From the IMG/VR virus record IMGVR_UViG_3300009506_000001, positions 91,246-155,245 of that record: a stretch of 64,000 nt of DNA; one strand, written 5' to 3'. Origin of the DNA: a virus. Shown one piece after another: positions 48,831 through 57,412 of the stretch (position 1 is the first letter of the stretch; every line of letters begins with the position of its first letter). A program made the translations under genes and the position numbers. Under the pieces are notes generated by a model, which did not search any database, was not told the DNA's origin, and saw nothing but the letters and a program-made list of their open reading frames with translations.

Positions 48831-49432
48831 TTGTGTCCTTCGTTTAGAATGTCTTTCTCAGCATCGGTGTCACGATTGATCGCTTCCTCTGCTGTAAATC
48901 CGTCTTTGTAACGGCCCTTCTGTTTGTCCTGCAACTTCTTGATGTTGGTCTCGAGGTCATCTTCCCAGTGGCCTTCAAATCCCAACTCTTCCATGGCATC
49001 GTAGAAAATGGCCTGATACCAATTAATGTCGCCATTCTCCTCTCTTAGGTTGACTAAGTCAACCTCACCGCCGGTCAAAACATTATAGAGAGCCTCACAC
49101 AGTTCAACCGACTCAGTCCCGATGCCAAAGATGGCGTGCAGAATACGTAGATTGATTTCCTTAATAGGTTCTTCATCCATTTCCTCACTTGTGCCATTGA
49201 CACGTACGCCTTGCAGATCATATAGAGCACGTTCAATCATTGCATAGTCAGTGCTGAAGTTCTCAATGGAATAATCCTTTCCATAAAAAGCATGTTTTTT
49301 GATCTGGTCAAGCATGCGACCAGATGCTGTAAAGATGTAAAGGACATCAACGAGCATCTGATGATTGACCTTGACCTCTTCGGGACGTGATTCAGTTCGT
49401 ACTGCGAGTTTGGTATATTCTTTTAGGTTCAT
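48827..49432 (-). CDS. MazG-like pyrophosphatase
   Basis: LHAIFGIGTE..E, NLREE.GD..WY and NI.KL..RY motifs. Confidence 0.75.
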   Translation of the reverse strand: MNLKEYTKLAVRTESRPEEVKVNHQMLVDVLYIFTASGRMLDQIKKHAFYGKDYSIENFSTDYAMIERALYDLQGVRVNGTSEEMDEEPIKEINLRILHAIFGIGTESVELCEALYNVLTGGEVDLVNLREENGDINWYQAIFYDAMEELGFEGHWEDDLETNIKKLQDKQKGRYKDGFTAEEAINRDTDAEKDILNEGHK

Positions 49433-49446
49433 TATTCTTCTCTTTA

Positions 49447-50010
49447 TTAGAATCCGATCCAAGTGGTTGCAATGTACTTGGCTACTTTCTTAGGCATGTT
49501 GGCCCGATGTGGGTACATCCAGTTACAAGGAAACACCAGAGCACTGCCAGCTTTTGGTTTTACTTTCTTGCCCCACAAGAACTCCGTTTCGCCACCATCC
49601 GTGACAGTGTTCAGGTACCACATAATGACGATTACCCGGTTGCAAAGCGACGGAGCGTTGGTATCGATATGCCAGTTATAGAATCCCTCAGAGGGCTCGT
49701 ACTTTTGGATTTGATAGCCACTGTCAACTGTTGCTGGTGGATAGTATCCGTCCATAGCGTTGGCATACTTCTCGAGTATGTTGCCGGCGGAGTTGAAAAG
49801 TAACTCGTCGAGCTCTTTATCCGTGTCTTGTTTGATACGGAGTTGTTTGGCCCTCTTGAGATCCAAATCGATCTCAAATGAGCCATCGTTACCAACGACT
49901 GGTCCCCAGTGAGTCTCATTCGACTCAAAGTGAGTGATGAGTTGGAAACACTCGTCAGCCGTCAGTACGTTTGGGTAGGTTTTGATAAACTGTGATAGGG
50001 TATTGTTCAT
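49447..50010 (-). CDS. 2OG-Fe(II) oxygenase (prolyl-hydroxylase-like)
   Basis: WHID, YLN.V.DGGETEF, FP..W.YPH and KY motifs. Confidence 0.9.
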   Translation of the reverse strand: MNNTLSQFIKTYPNVLTADECFQLITHFESNETHWGPVVGNDGSFEIDLDLKRAKQLRIKQDTDKELDELLFNSAGNILEKYANAMDGYYPPATVDSGYQIQKYEPSEGFYNWHIDTNAPSLCNRVIVIMWYLNTVTDGGETEFLWGKKVKPKAGSALVFPCNWMYPHRANMPKKVAKYIATTWIGF

Positions 50011-50189
50011 TTTGCCAATGTGCCGGTTTGTGCTTCCATCCATGCATCAAACCCGTCACGCATTGCTTCTAGCTCTTGTTCTGTTGGCACCACTTCCTGT
50101 GGATTGGTTGTGAAAGGAACGTCGTGGATTGTCATTGTGGTATCGACAACACTCCAGCCAAGCTCTTTCATACGATCACTCGTGTTCAT
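50007..50189 (-). CDS. hypothetical protein
   Basis: Coupled ORF. Confidence 0.5.
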   Translation of the reverse strand: MNTSDRMKELGWSVVDTTMTIHDVPFTTNPQEVVPTEQELEAMRDGFDAWMEAQTGTLAK

Positions 50190-50283
50190 TGTCGTCCTCT
50201 TTCATATTGGATGTGTGAATCCACTGTGCCACAAGAACGAACAACAGTGCAGCACCAACTGGTAAAAGATTCCACCAGCTCAT
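50176..50283 (-). CDS. 35-aa membrane peptide (not in ORF track)
   Basis: MSWWNLLPVGAALLFVLVAQWIH...; ATGA overlap. Confidence 0.45.
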   Translation of the reverse strand: MSWWNLLPVGAALLFVLVAQWIHTSNMKEDDNEHE

Positions 50284-50528
50284 GCTCTGTTCCAACGGGC
50301 ACCTTTGCGATTGGAAACACCCTTGCCAGTGCCACGATTGCGACGACGAGACTCTTTCTGAATCTTACGCAGACGTCTACGCTTGGCAGAGGAAACACGC
50401 TTTTTGGTTGGGTTCCAATCAAACTGCATCCGAAAGCCCTGACGCAGGTTGTGGATCTGTTCGGGAGTTGCACCGGCGTCACGTGCCTGTGCGAGAAGGG
50501 AACTAATTGCAGTTGCAATGTTTTTCAT
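50280..50528 (-). CDS. basic hypothetical protein
   Basis: GGAG SD; R/K-rich. Confidence 0.6.
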   Translation of the reverse strand: MKNIATAISSLLAQARDAGATPEQIHNLRQGFRMQFDWNPTKKRVSSAKRRRLRKIQKESRRRNRGTGKGVSNRKGARWNRA

Positions 50529-50581
50529 TTTGTATCTCCATACAAGTTCAGGTTACAGCATAACGGAACGATAGGAAGAAA

Positions 50582-51091
50582 TCAACCCATAACTTTTAGG
50601 GTTTTGTCAATTTTTTTCTGTACTCGGGATTTTTTGAAAGGCGAAAGGTCATCGACAAAGACTTTACCCTTTAGGTGATCCATTTCGTGTTGAATTGCAA
50701 ATGCCCACAGGTCTGAGAATTCACGTTCATGTATTTCACCCAAAACATCCTGAAAGCGAACTTTGATCCGCTTCGGACGATCACGCTCCTCGAAGTATCC
50801 TGGCACAGACAGGCATCCTTCACGCCAAGAGAAGAGGTCATCGGACTGTTCGAGGATTTCAGGATTAACAAGGCATAGCGTCTCATCCTCATCTGGTAGT
50901 ACCATGACAAACATTTGAATGTTGTGCCCAACTTGAGGTGCAGCGAGGCCAACCCCGGAACGATGGTACATGGTGACAATCATATCACCATGCAGACGCT
51001 CCAAAGATTCGGAAAAGTCAGTAACGGGTTTGCAAGGCTGATGAAGTCGTTCATCAGGCCAATAAACAAGATCAAGGATTTTATGGATCAT
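50582..51091 (-). CDS. def: peptide deformylase
   Basis: GVGLAAPQ, EGCLS and QHEMDHL motifs. Confidence 0.96.
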   Translation of the reverse strand: MIHKILDLVYWPDERLHQPCKPVTDFSESLERLHGDMIVTMYHRSGVGLAAPQVGHNIQMFVMVLPDEDETLCLVNPEILEQSDDLFSWREGCLSVPGYFEERDRPKRIKVRFQDVLGEIHEREFSDLWAFAIQHEMDHLKGKVFVDDLSPFKKSRVQKKIDKTLKVMG

Positions 51092-51297
51092 TAAGTACTT
51101 AGTACTTTCAGAATGCCGTCCTGTGGTATGTTTTTACGTTCTCCCTTTATAACGTAATAATACTTGCCATCCGATACTTGATGGCTCGACTTGATCTTAC
51201 CAGTAGCAATAGCGAATCTCTTCCCGCTGCATGGGCAGCGGGGTGAGAGATATTGGACGCTTGTGTTGACAGCTAAAGGATGTGTGATGTTGCCCAT
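51091..51297 (-). CDS. hypothetical protein
   Basis: 68-aa ORF. Confidence 0.55.
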   Translation of the reverse strand: MGNITHPLAVNTSVQYLSPRCPCSGKRFAIATGKIKSSHQVSDGKYYYVIKGERKNIPQDGILKVLST

Positions 51298-51300
51298 ACT

Positions 51301-51879
51301 TTAGCTCTGGTGCAGACGGCTATGCTCAGGAACGTTTTTGAGCAAGAACTCCATCTGGTCAGCAAGGATTCTTCGGTTTTCAAGAATCAGCCACTCGTAA
51401 CGGTTTGGAGCGTATGGTACGTACAGTAGTGGCATGTGAGCCTCTTCTGGTGTACGACCATCCTTCCGCTTGTTACAGTGTCCACAAGCTGCTACAACGT
51501 TAGTCCAAACGTCAGGGCCATTCTGGCACTGAGGAACAACATGATCACGTGTTAGCTGAGTATTTGGATACTCATCGCCACAGTATGCACAGATGTTACG
51601 GTCACGACGGAACAACGCCTTGTTGTTCAGAGGTGGGATCATGCTCATGTTCTTGTACTTGTGCTTCACGTCGCCACGAACAGCAATGATGGTGTTCATC
51701 GTAAGTGTGGATTGTTCACCTGTCGCAGCGTTTGTACCACCATGCAAAGTGAAAGCAACAGGGGCCATAGCCCAAGCAATCAGATCTTTGGCTGCATAGT
51801 AGGCACTATCCTGATATGTGATCCATCCATCTGGCTGGCCACTTACATCAAGTTTCAATACTAGCGGTAGATTAACCAT
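51301..51879 (-). CDS. HNH endonuclease (McrA-like)
   Basis: RD...CAYCG, TRDHVVP..G...W.N.V.AC..CN..K..RTP. Confidence 0.9.
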   Translation of the reverse strand: MVNLPLVLKLDVSGQPDGWITYQDSAYYAAKDLIAWAMAPVAFTLHGGTNAATGEQSTLTMNTIIAVRGDVKHKYKNMSMIPPLNNKALFRRDRNICAYCGDEYPNTQLTRDHVVPQCQNGPDVWTNVVAACGHCNKRKDGRTPEEAHMPLLYVPYAPNRYEWLILENRRILADQMEFLLKNVPEHSRLHQS

Positions 51880-51955
51880 CGGTAAACACTCCTTTTAATT
51901 ACAGTTATTACTGTATTTATTGGCTTGGACATTGTCCTTGATTTTCTTGAAATTG

Positions 51956-52600
51956 TCAACGAGGGCGGCTCCAATATTTGAATTGATACCAATGAAATTC
52001 ACCGAGTTTTTTACCCGATGTTGGCTTTGTATCTGGCCATTCGTTGGTATTTTTGTAGTACTCCTCAACTTGCTTCTGAGTACTCTCTTCACGAGGAATG
52101 GCCATAATCTCAGGGTGATGATCACACCAATCACTCACGTCTTTACGGAAAGCGAAATACTGTGCAATCTCGGCTTTGATTTGTTCTTCGGTGAGTTCAT
52201 GAAGAGCGAAAATACGATCACCCTCGTCTGTCTCTTCAATGCAATTGAAGTACACCCACTCGCCGTTGTACTTAGCCATGCCACTCAGCGGACCATCATA
52301 GTAACCAGTGTGCCACCACATGACAAGATCAGGTTGATCCTTCTCATCGTCATAGAACTGAGTGAGTGGCACGTCCTCTGTGCCACCGTCCCACTCAAAA
52401 TGCATCACGCCTTCACTGATACGAGGTCGCCACCGGTAATGTGCTGGTACGCCATCCACAACAGCATCCCAGCCTTCGTGGTTTATGTTCCGGCGACCTA
52501 TGCCTGCTTGTGTGAGACGCCAATCAATCCAGCGATCCCATACCCACATGTCGATGGTATCCATCACATGCCACGCTGTAAAAAGTTCAGTCTTCTTCAT
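51956..52600 (-). CDS. hypothetical protein
   Basis: Contains YYDGPLSG. Confidence 0.6.
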   Translation of the reverse strand: MKKTELFTAWHVMDTIDMWVWDRWIDWRLTQAGIGRRNINHEGWDAVVDGVPAHYRWRPRISEGVMHFEWDGGTEDVPLTQFYDDEKDQPDLVMWWHTGYYDGPLSGMAKYNGEWVYFNCIEETDEGDRIFALHELTEEQIKAEIAQYFAFRKDVSDWCDHHPEIMAIPREESTQKQVEEYYKNTNEWPDTKPTSGKKLGEFHWYQFKYWSRPR

Positions 52601-52991
52601 TTTCAAACTCCTTGCAAAGATCAAGATACATTTCATATCGCTTTGCTTTATCTTTCATTGCTTGTACCTTTTCCTTTTCGGCACGTTCTTGCATTGCCTT
52701 CAGTTGAGCATCTCGGCGTTTCTTGATTTCTCGTCCAATGAGCTCATCATCCCAAAACACAGCCAAAGGAATTTTTTCAGAGCCTTCGGTGTCGTACCTT
52801 CCACAACTGCCCTCTTGTTCGTACATGTATGTCATTGTGATGTAAGGAGGATACTTGTGATTGTGCACCTGAATTGTAGGGTCCCAAATCTGACGACCAT
52901 ACCCAAGCTCTGCAACCCAGTCCTCGCACTTCTCAACGAGCTCTTCGTGAATCTCGAGGTACGTATCGAGTCTTTCTTTTGCTTCGTTCAT
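52587..52991 (-). CDS. hypothetical protein
   Basis: C-terminus similar to that of the neighbouring 52991..53416 gene (Y..Y..L..E.E). Confidence 0.6.
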   Translation of the reverse strand: MNEAKERLDTYLEIHEELVEKCEDWVAELGYGRQIWDPTIQVHNHKYPPYITMTYMYEQEGSCGRYDTEGSEKIPLAVFWDDELIGREIKKRRDAQLKAMQERAEKEKVQAMKDKAKRYEMYLDLCKEFENEED

Positions 52992-53416
52992 TAGAAACCT
53001 CCTTCATATTGCTCTTTGAGTTTGAGGTACTGTTTGTACTCTCGCTCTTTACGGTCAGCTTCAGCTTTGAGACGCTTACGCTCCGCCTTCTGTCGCTCCT
53101 CTTCCTCTTTGGCTGCGATTGTCGCTTTTGCGTCCTCTATCCATTCGGGATCAAAAAGGTACGATGTGGGAATGAGCTCACTGTGGCTTTCGTAACAACC
53201 ACAACATCCCTCCTCATAATCGAAGTAAAGGTTTCCATACTCAATGTAAATCTCATCAGGGTCCACCGTTCCTCGACCGTGCAATTTGTTGATTGCAGTT
53301 GCAATTGGGGCTGCTTTTTGCTGCAACCGCTCAAAAGCCTCAGCAAAGATCATGTAATCGTCTTCATTCTCGATCGTGAGCTGTTCGTCACCGTGTTCAT
53401 CTTTGATAAGTTTCAT
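52991..53416 (-). CDS. hypothetical protein
   Basis: Coupled ORF. Confidence 0.6.
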   Translation of the reverse strand: MKLIKDEHGDEQLTIENEDDYMIFAEAFERLQQKAAPIATAINKLHGRGTVDPDEIYIEYGNLYFDYEEGCCGCYESHSELIPTSYLFDPEWIEDAKATIAAKEEEERQKAERKRLKAEADRKEREYKQYLKLKEQYEGGF

Positions 53417-54048
53417 TACGCCACCTCATAAAGTGCTTGCAGTTCGTCGTATGTGATAACAGGCTTGCCATCAGCAAGCATCTTATCAACAACCTTCTTG
53501 TCTTTGCCGTACGTTACGTACATTGGCTTGACAGTAGGTACCTTAACGGCCTTGAGAATTGCACGATCTATTGTGCCATCAAATGGTGCAAGGAATTCAT
53601 CAATTATGGAAGTCCCATAAAAAGGCTTGTCCACCACTTCAGGTTTTCTTCTGAATAGGTCGCTCAACCGCTTCTTACGTGCTTCGTTCTTGACAGGGTC
53701 AGTGTGCTCCTCTTCCTCCTTGATCAACTTCTGAATGTGCTTCAGTTCACGAACAGCTTGCTCAAGACCCAGCTGTGGACTGGTCCCGTTGCGTAGCTTG
53801 TTAGCGTTGGAGATCATTGTGAAGCCGTAGTGGAATGGCTTACCACGAAGGATGTTGTACAGCACGTGGTGAGCGGACGTTAGCCACCCATCAACTGTGA
53901 CGGTATACTCCTCGACCGAACCCTTCCAAGTGGAAGTACGAACTTCGGTGTGCTCTTTTGCCTTGTCAGAATTGACAGCGGCTGCCCATGCTTTACGGAA
54001 AGCGATGTAGTGCTCTTTAGAAACGAATTGTGAATTTGTCGTAGTCAT
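53416..54048 (-). CDS. hypothetical protein, first gene downstream of the amber leader
   Basis: 210 aa, GAGG SD. Confidence 0.7.
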   Translation of the reverse strand: MTTTNSQFVSKEHYIAFRKAWAAAVNSDKAKEHTEVRTSTWKGSVEEYTVTVDGWLTSAHHVLYNILRGKPFHYGFTMISNANKLRNGTSPQLGLEQAVRELKHIQKLIKEEEEHTDPVKNEARKKRLSDLFRRKPEVVDKPFYGTSIIDEFLAPFDGTIDRAILKAVKVPTVKPMYVTYGKDKKVVDKMLADGKPVITYDELQALYEVA

Positions 54049-54076
54049 TGTAGTGTCCTCTTAGGTTAATGTGAAA

Positions 54077-54249
54077 TTTGTTTACGACGTGAATAGCGGT
54101 AAACAAAGTCACGGAGGACCTCGACTACAAACCTACCAGAACGGCAGGGTAAAGAAAGTAACCTACGTATGAGGCATAGTCACGATAGGACCCGTATCGC
54201 CGGGTTCGGCGTTTGCTGGTCCTGTATCTCTTGGTTTCATGTTCATCAT
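54077..54249 (-). promoter_or_regulatory. putative leader peptide with two in-frame TAG codons and an RGPP-stop end, followed by a hairpin
   Basis: MMNMKPRDTGPANAEPGDTGPIVTMPHT*VTFFTLPFW*VCSRGPP-TGA (54249-54109); hairpin TTTGTTTAC/GTAAACAAA at 54107-54077. Confidence 0.55.
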
Positions 54250-54275
54250 AAAAGTATATATGCTTGTTTCAAATT

Positions 54276-54354
54276 TGGATCGCCGTACGGGATTCGAACC
54301 CGTGCAGACAGTGGTTTAGAAGCACCCGCTCTGGCCAGGCTGAGCTAACGGCGA
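54276..54354 (-). tRNA. tRNA with CUA anticodon (amber suppressor)
   Basis: Acceptor TCGCCGT/ACGGCGA-T-CCA, D-arm GCTC/GAGC, anticodon loop TT-CTA-AA (C31-C39 mismatch), T-arm ACGGG-TTCGAAT-CCCGT. Confidence 0.8.
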
Positions 54355-54355
54355 A

Positions 54356-54646
54356 TTATCCTAGTGCCCAATTGATTACTCTTTCACTCCATTCAGGCTT
54401 CTTGCACAGTTCCCATTTTTCCTCGTCCCTGTTCCACTCAAACCAAGTCTCAGCTTCGGACATTGGGTGAATGCCAGGACCAATCTTCTCAACAACAGCG
54501 TGCGTATAAAGACATTCGTGTATGTCGCACGCATTTTGCAGTACAGCTCGTATCGCATCCAGGCTGTGTTCGTAATATCCAAAACATCTTGTGTCTCGGA
54601 AGTAGTCGGATCGACTGTTGTTGCAAATTGTTGTTACGAAGTACAT
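54356..54646 (-). CDS. hypothetical phage protein
   Basis: RCFGYY..A...N.CDIHE..Y..AVVE. Confidence 0.65.
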   Translation of the reverse strand: MYFVTTICNNSRSDYFRDTRCFGYYEHSLDAIRAVLQNACDIHECLYTHAVVEKIGPGIHPMSEAETWFEWNRDEEKWELCKKPEWSERVINWALG

Positions 54647-54891
54647 TTATAAATTCGTCTCACATCCTCTATCATGCCTGCTGCTGTTTGCAACGGCGTT
54701 AGCTTGTCCCGCATACCCTTATATACTTCACTCCGAAGATCAATAACGGCAACACGAGCCTTCTCAAGCGGAACCCCCGATTTTATCAGGACTGATTCAA
54801 CTTGCTCCTTATAAGCGAACGAACCGTTTTGTTTCTTCGTCAGGTTGTGCGAAGGGGGTGATTCGGGGTTCGTAAGAAAAAATTCACTCAT
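54634..54891 (-). CDS. hypothetical protein
   Basis: 85-aa ORF. Confidence 0.55.
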   Translation of the reverse strand: MSEFFLTNPESPPSHNLTKKQNGSFAYKEQVESVLIKSGVPLEKARVAVIDLRSEVYKGMRDKLTPLQTAAGMIEDVRRIYKCTS

Positions 54892-54912
54892 GGGGAACGA
54901 GTGTACTACAAT

Positions 54913-55146
54913 CTATCTATTAGGGCAACGTTTTTCCCAAAGTCTGAGCATGAATTTGAAGTATGGTGAATTTGGGTGCTCGTCAAGTTTCTTTTCGTAG
55001 TCCATCACCTTTTGCTCACACTCTGTTGCCTCACGAATTTCAATCTGCTGCTGAACTGTGGGCACTGGGGGCTGTTGAGCGTTCATGGCCAATGACGAAC
55101 TGCTGAGGAATAAAGCAAGAAAGAAGATTTTAAGGTGTGTTCCCAT
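54913..55146 (-). CDS. small secreted protein
   Basis: Signal peptide. Confidence 0.55.
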   Translation of the reverse strand: MGTHLKIFFLALFLSSSSLAMNAQQPPVPTVQQQIEIREATECEQKVMDYEKKLDEHPNSPYFKFMLRLWEKRCPNR

Positions 55147-55450
55147 TTTTCAGCTCTTCTATCTGTCTGGATATTTGTCTGTGCTTTTCGGCGAGATGCC
55201 TGTGCAGATCTGTATTGGGGTCAACGCTTTCCATGTCCCACAGGATGTCATCGGCCTCTCGCTGCATGTTGGAGATCATCACGCCACGATTCTTCACAAC
55301 CTCACGACGCAGCTCGCCGACAATCTCGTGTTTGGTGGCAAGCAGTTCATCATCGGTGGCCATTGTATTATAACCAGCAATGAGTGTGCCTGCCAATGCA
55401 ACGACAGCGGAGATACCACCAAAAATACTCAGAACTTTTGCCCAATTCAT
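55130..55450 (-). CDS. TM-anchored coiled-coil protein
   Basis: N-terminal TM; TAAATA upstream. Confidence 0.6.
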   Translation of the reverse strand: MNWAKVLSIFGGISAVVALAGTLIAGYNTMATDDELLATKHEIVGELRREVVKNRGVMISNMQREADDILWDMESVDPNTDLHRHLAEKHRQISRQIEELKNGNTP

Positions 55451-55492
55451 ATGAGTATTTACTGGTGGCCAGTAAAACTAATTAGGGTGTGA

Positions 55493-55738
55493 CTACTTCT
55501 TTCCTCGACTACCAACCCGCTGACTTGGTGGTAGCAGTGCTTCCGCTGCCTCCTGTACTCGTCGCTGGTTACGCTTTTTTGCTGCGGCTTTGTTACGCTT
55601 GCGGACCACACTTGGCTTCTCATAAAATTCACGATTGCGAACTTCTTGAATGATGCCGTCTTTGTCCACGTTACGCTTGAAGCGACGCATTAGGGACTCA
55701 AAACTTTCTTTGTCGTGCCTTAATTTTGCTGATGCCAT
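55493..55738 (-). CDS. rpsU: ribosomal protein bS21
   Basis: [33 protein letters not shown]; own promoter TTGCCT-N17-TATAAT. Confidence 0.93.
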   Translation of the reverse strand: MASAKLRHDKESFESLMRRFKRNVDKDGIIQEVRNREFYEKPSVVRKRNKAAAKKRNQRRVQEAAEALLPPSQRVGSRGKK

Positions 55739-55801
55739 TATAAATTCTCATTGTTAAGTTATGGTGTTATTATATATGCTTCATAAAACACAGGCAACAA
55801 A

Positions 55802-56257
55802 TTACTTGTGAACTTCCCTATGACAAGAACGACATAAGTGTACAATGTTGGTAGGCACATTACGCCCACCGTGTTGTAATTGTATAATGTGATGTCTGTG
55901 ATGTGGTTCTTTGGAACAGACAAAGCAGTGCTCATTCAACGTGAACATTTGACGTTCTTTTAGGGTGGTTAGTTTGTTTGGGTTATCTCTCCGTTCGTTG
56001 AACCCCTCTCGTCTTCTTTTTCGGACGCTATATGTGGGTCGTTTTAATACAACTCCAGCCATAGCCTTTAAAACGTTCATTTTGTAAGAACGATCAAACT
56101 GCTCAACGTTACACGACCGAACATCTTTAACTTTTTGATTGTTAGTTTGAAATTGAGCCCAGAACAAAGCCAGACAGGTTTTGAGGTCGTTTGGAATTTT
56201 CTTTTCTTGAATAAAACGAGCTACAACTGTTTTAACGTTACGATTTTTCTTTTGCAT
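55802..56257 (-). CDS. HNH endonuclease
   Basis: CFVC..HHRHHII....GG.N...NIVHLC..CH..VH. Confidence 0.8.
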   Translation of the reverse strand: MQKKNRNVKTVVARFIQEKKIPNDLKTCLALFWAQFQTNNQKVKDVRSCNVEQFDRSYKMNVLKAMAGVVLKRPTYSVRKRRREGFNERRDNPNKLTTLKERQMFTLNEHCFVCSKEPHHRHHIIQLQHGGRNVPTNIVHLCRSCHREVHK

Positions 56258-56277
56258 ATCAATACACCAAGATGGTC

Positions 56278-57187
56278 TTCGGGCTGAGAATACACCGTCA
56301 GTATTCGTACCTTTGAAGGATTATCCCATCACCTGCTACAGCTAGGGTTCCCTTCGTTTCCACTCCGTCAAACAGAGTCTACGAACAAGGTTGCCTTTTT
56401 AAAGTGGTGGCGGTTCCACTGTCCACTGATGCTACTCTGCAGTCTATCTACCGTCAACCTTGCGGGCTGTAAAGGCTTGCGGGCCACCGTGCGACTTTCT
56501 ACAAATGCCTTCCGCCTTGCGAGCTTCGGACACCTTTATTCACCGTAGTGTAAAGAATTAAACCTCTTTAACACCAGTGCGGCCGCAACTTTGCGTTTTC
56601 GTTTAAAGATAGTGGGTTTGAATCCACAGCCTTCTGTTCCTAAAACAGACGCTCTACATTGAGCTATATCAACCAACCAAGATGTGTGCGGCCAGTAGTT
56701 TCGTGAGTTTTTGGCCCACGAGATGCTACACACCTCATGTCTATTTTCCTTGCGGGAAATATGACCGTTCTTCAAGACTGATGGGCAAGCATTTATCCTA
56801 CACTCGTTGTATGAGTGGTCTCAGGACTTACCCGACAACCTTTCAAACTGCGACGACGCCCTTGATTGCAGTCTCGGACTATCCGTCACTACCCTTTACC
56901 TCTTACGACTCGTTAGCTTGGTATGGTTAGGAGGGGGTACCAGCCCTCTCTTGAATCCCCTGTTCCCGCACGTGGCGGCAGGTCAGATTCTGCTCTTTCC
57001 CTAACACACTAACTTCACCGTTAAGACCGCCGCTCTTATCAACGATCTCCTGTCACCAGGGAGGTGAGGCTTGCATAGGAATACCTCCGAAGAGGTGCAG
57101 GTTAAGTTGGATCCCCTGCTTTCCCCTAGTCACCTAGGTTTATGCCCCTATGCGGCAATTCTGTAGTAATACTCTCTACACTTGATT
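56278..57187 (-). ncRNA. large structured ncRNA, GOLLD-like
   Basis: ~900 nt with no credible ORF; own TTGACT-N16-TATAGT promoter; many GCAA/TTCG hairpins; 3' end CGGTGTATTCTCAGCCC; embedded tRNA-like domain; family call is from recollection of GOLLD features. Confidence 0.6.
56604..56673 (-). pseudogene. degenerate tRNA-like element inside the large ncRNA
   Basis: D-arm GCTC/GAGC, anticodon arm TCTGT-TTTAGGA-ACAGA, GTGG-ATTCAAAC-CCAC T-arm; acceptor only partly paired; no CCA. Confidence 0.65.
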
Positions 57188-57240
57188 CGTCTTACTATAC
57201 AGATGTTCTCTCAAAAGTCAACACCTGTATTTGAAATTTA

Positions 57241-57412
57241 GGTGGTGGGACATTCCACCACCGCCTTACGCTCTATAAAATATTCAACCGCAATGCCGCG
57301 GCCGCCTCGTATTCAAACGCTTCTATGGCTTTCGCCTCCACTCATACGATTCTGCAGGATTCAATACCCAGCGTGTCGGTCGGCAGAACAACGCCTAACG
57401 CCTTAACGGGCA
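57241..57412 (-). ncRNA. unassigned ~170-nt small RNA
   Basis: Promoter TTGACT-N17-TAAAAT (57447-57419), terminal hairpin GGTGGTGG/CCACCACC, no ORF. Confidence 0.5.

Noticed and set aside
56604-56673. Functional tRNA-Leu(TAG)
   Set aside because: Acceptor stem only 4 bp, irregular T-loop, no long variable arm and no CCA. A canonical Leu(TAG) gene exists at 60726.
56536-57004. Short ORFs inside the large non-coding region
   Set aside because: No SD, atypical composition, and they overlap a tRNA-like fold and dense hairpins.
55802-57187. IscB/HEARO (OMEGA) system or group I/II intron
   Set aside because: The HNH protein is 151 aa with no RuvC or PLMP motifs. The RNA has its own promoter and interrupts no gene.
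57300-57360. Hammerhead ribozyme in the 170-nt RNA
   Set aside because: The core is GTATGA...GAAG, not the required CTGANGA...GAAA.
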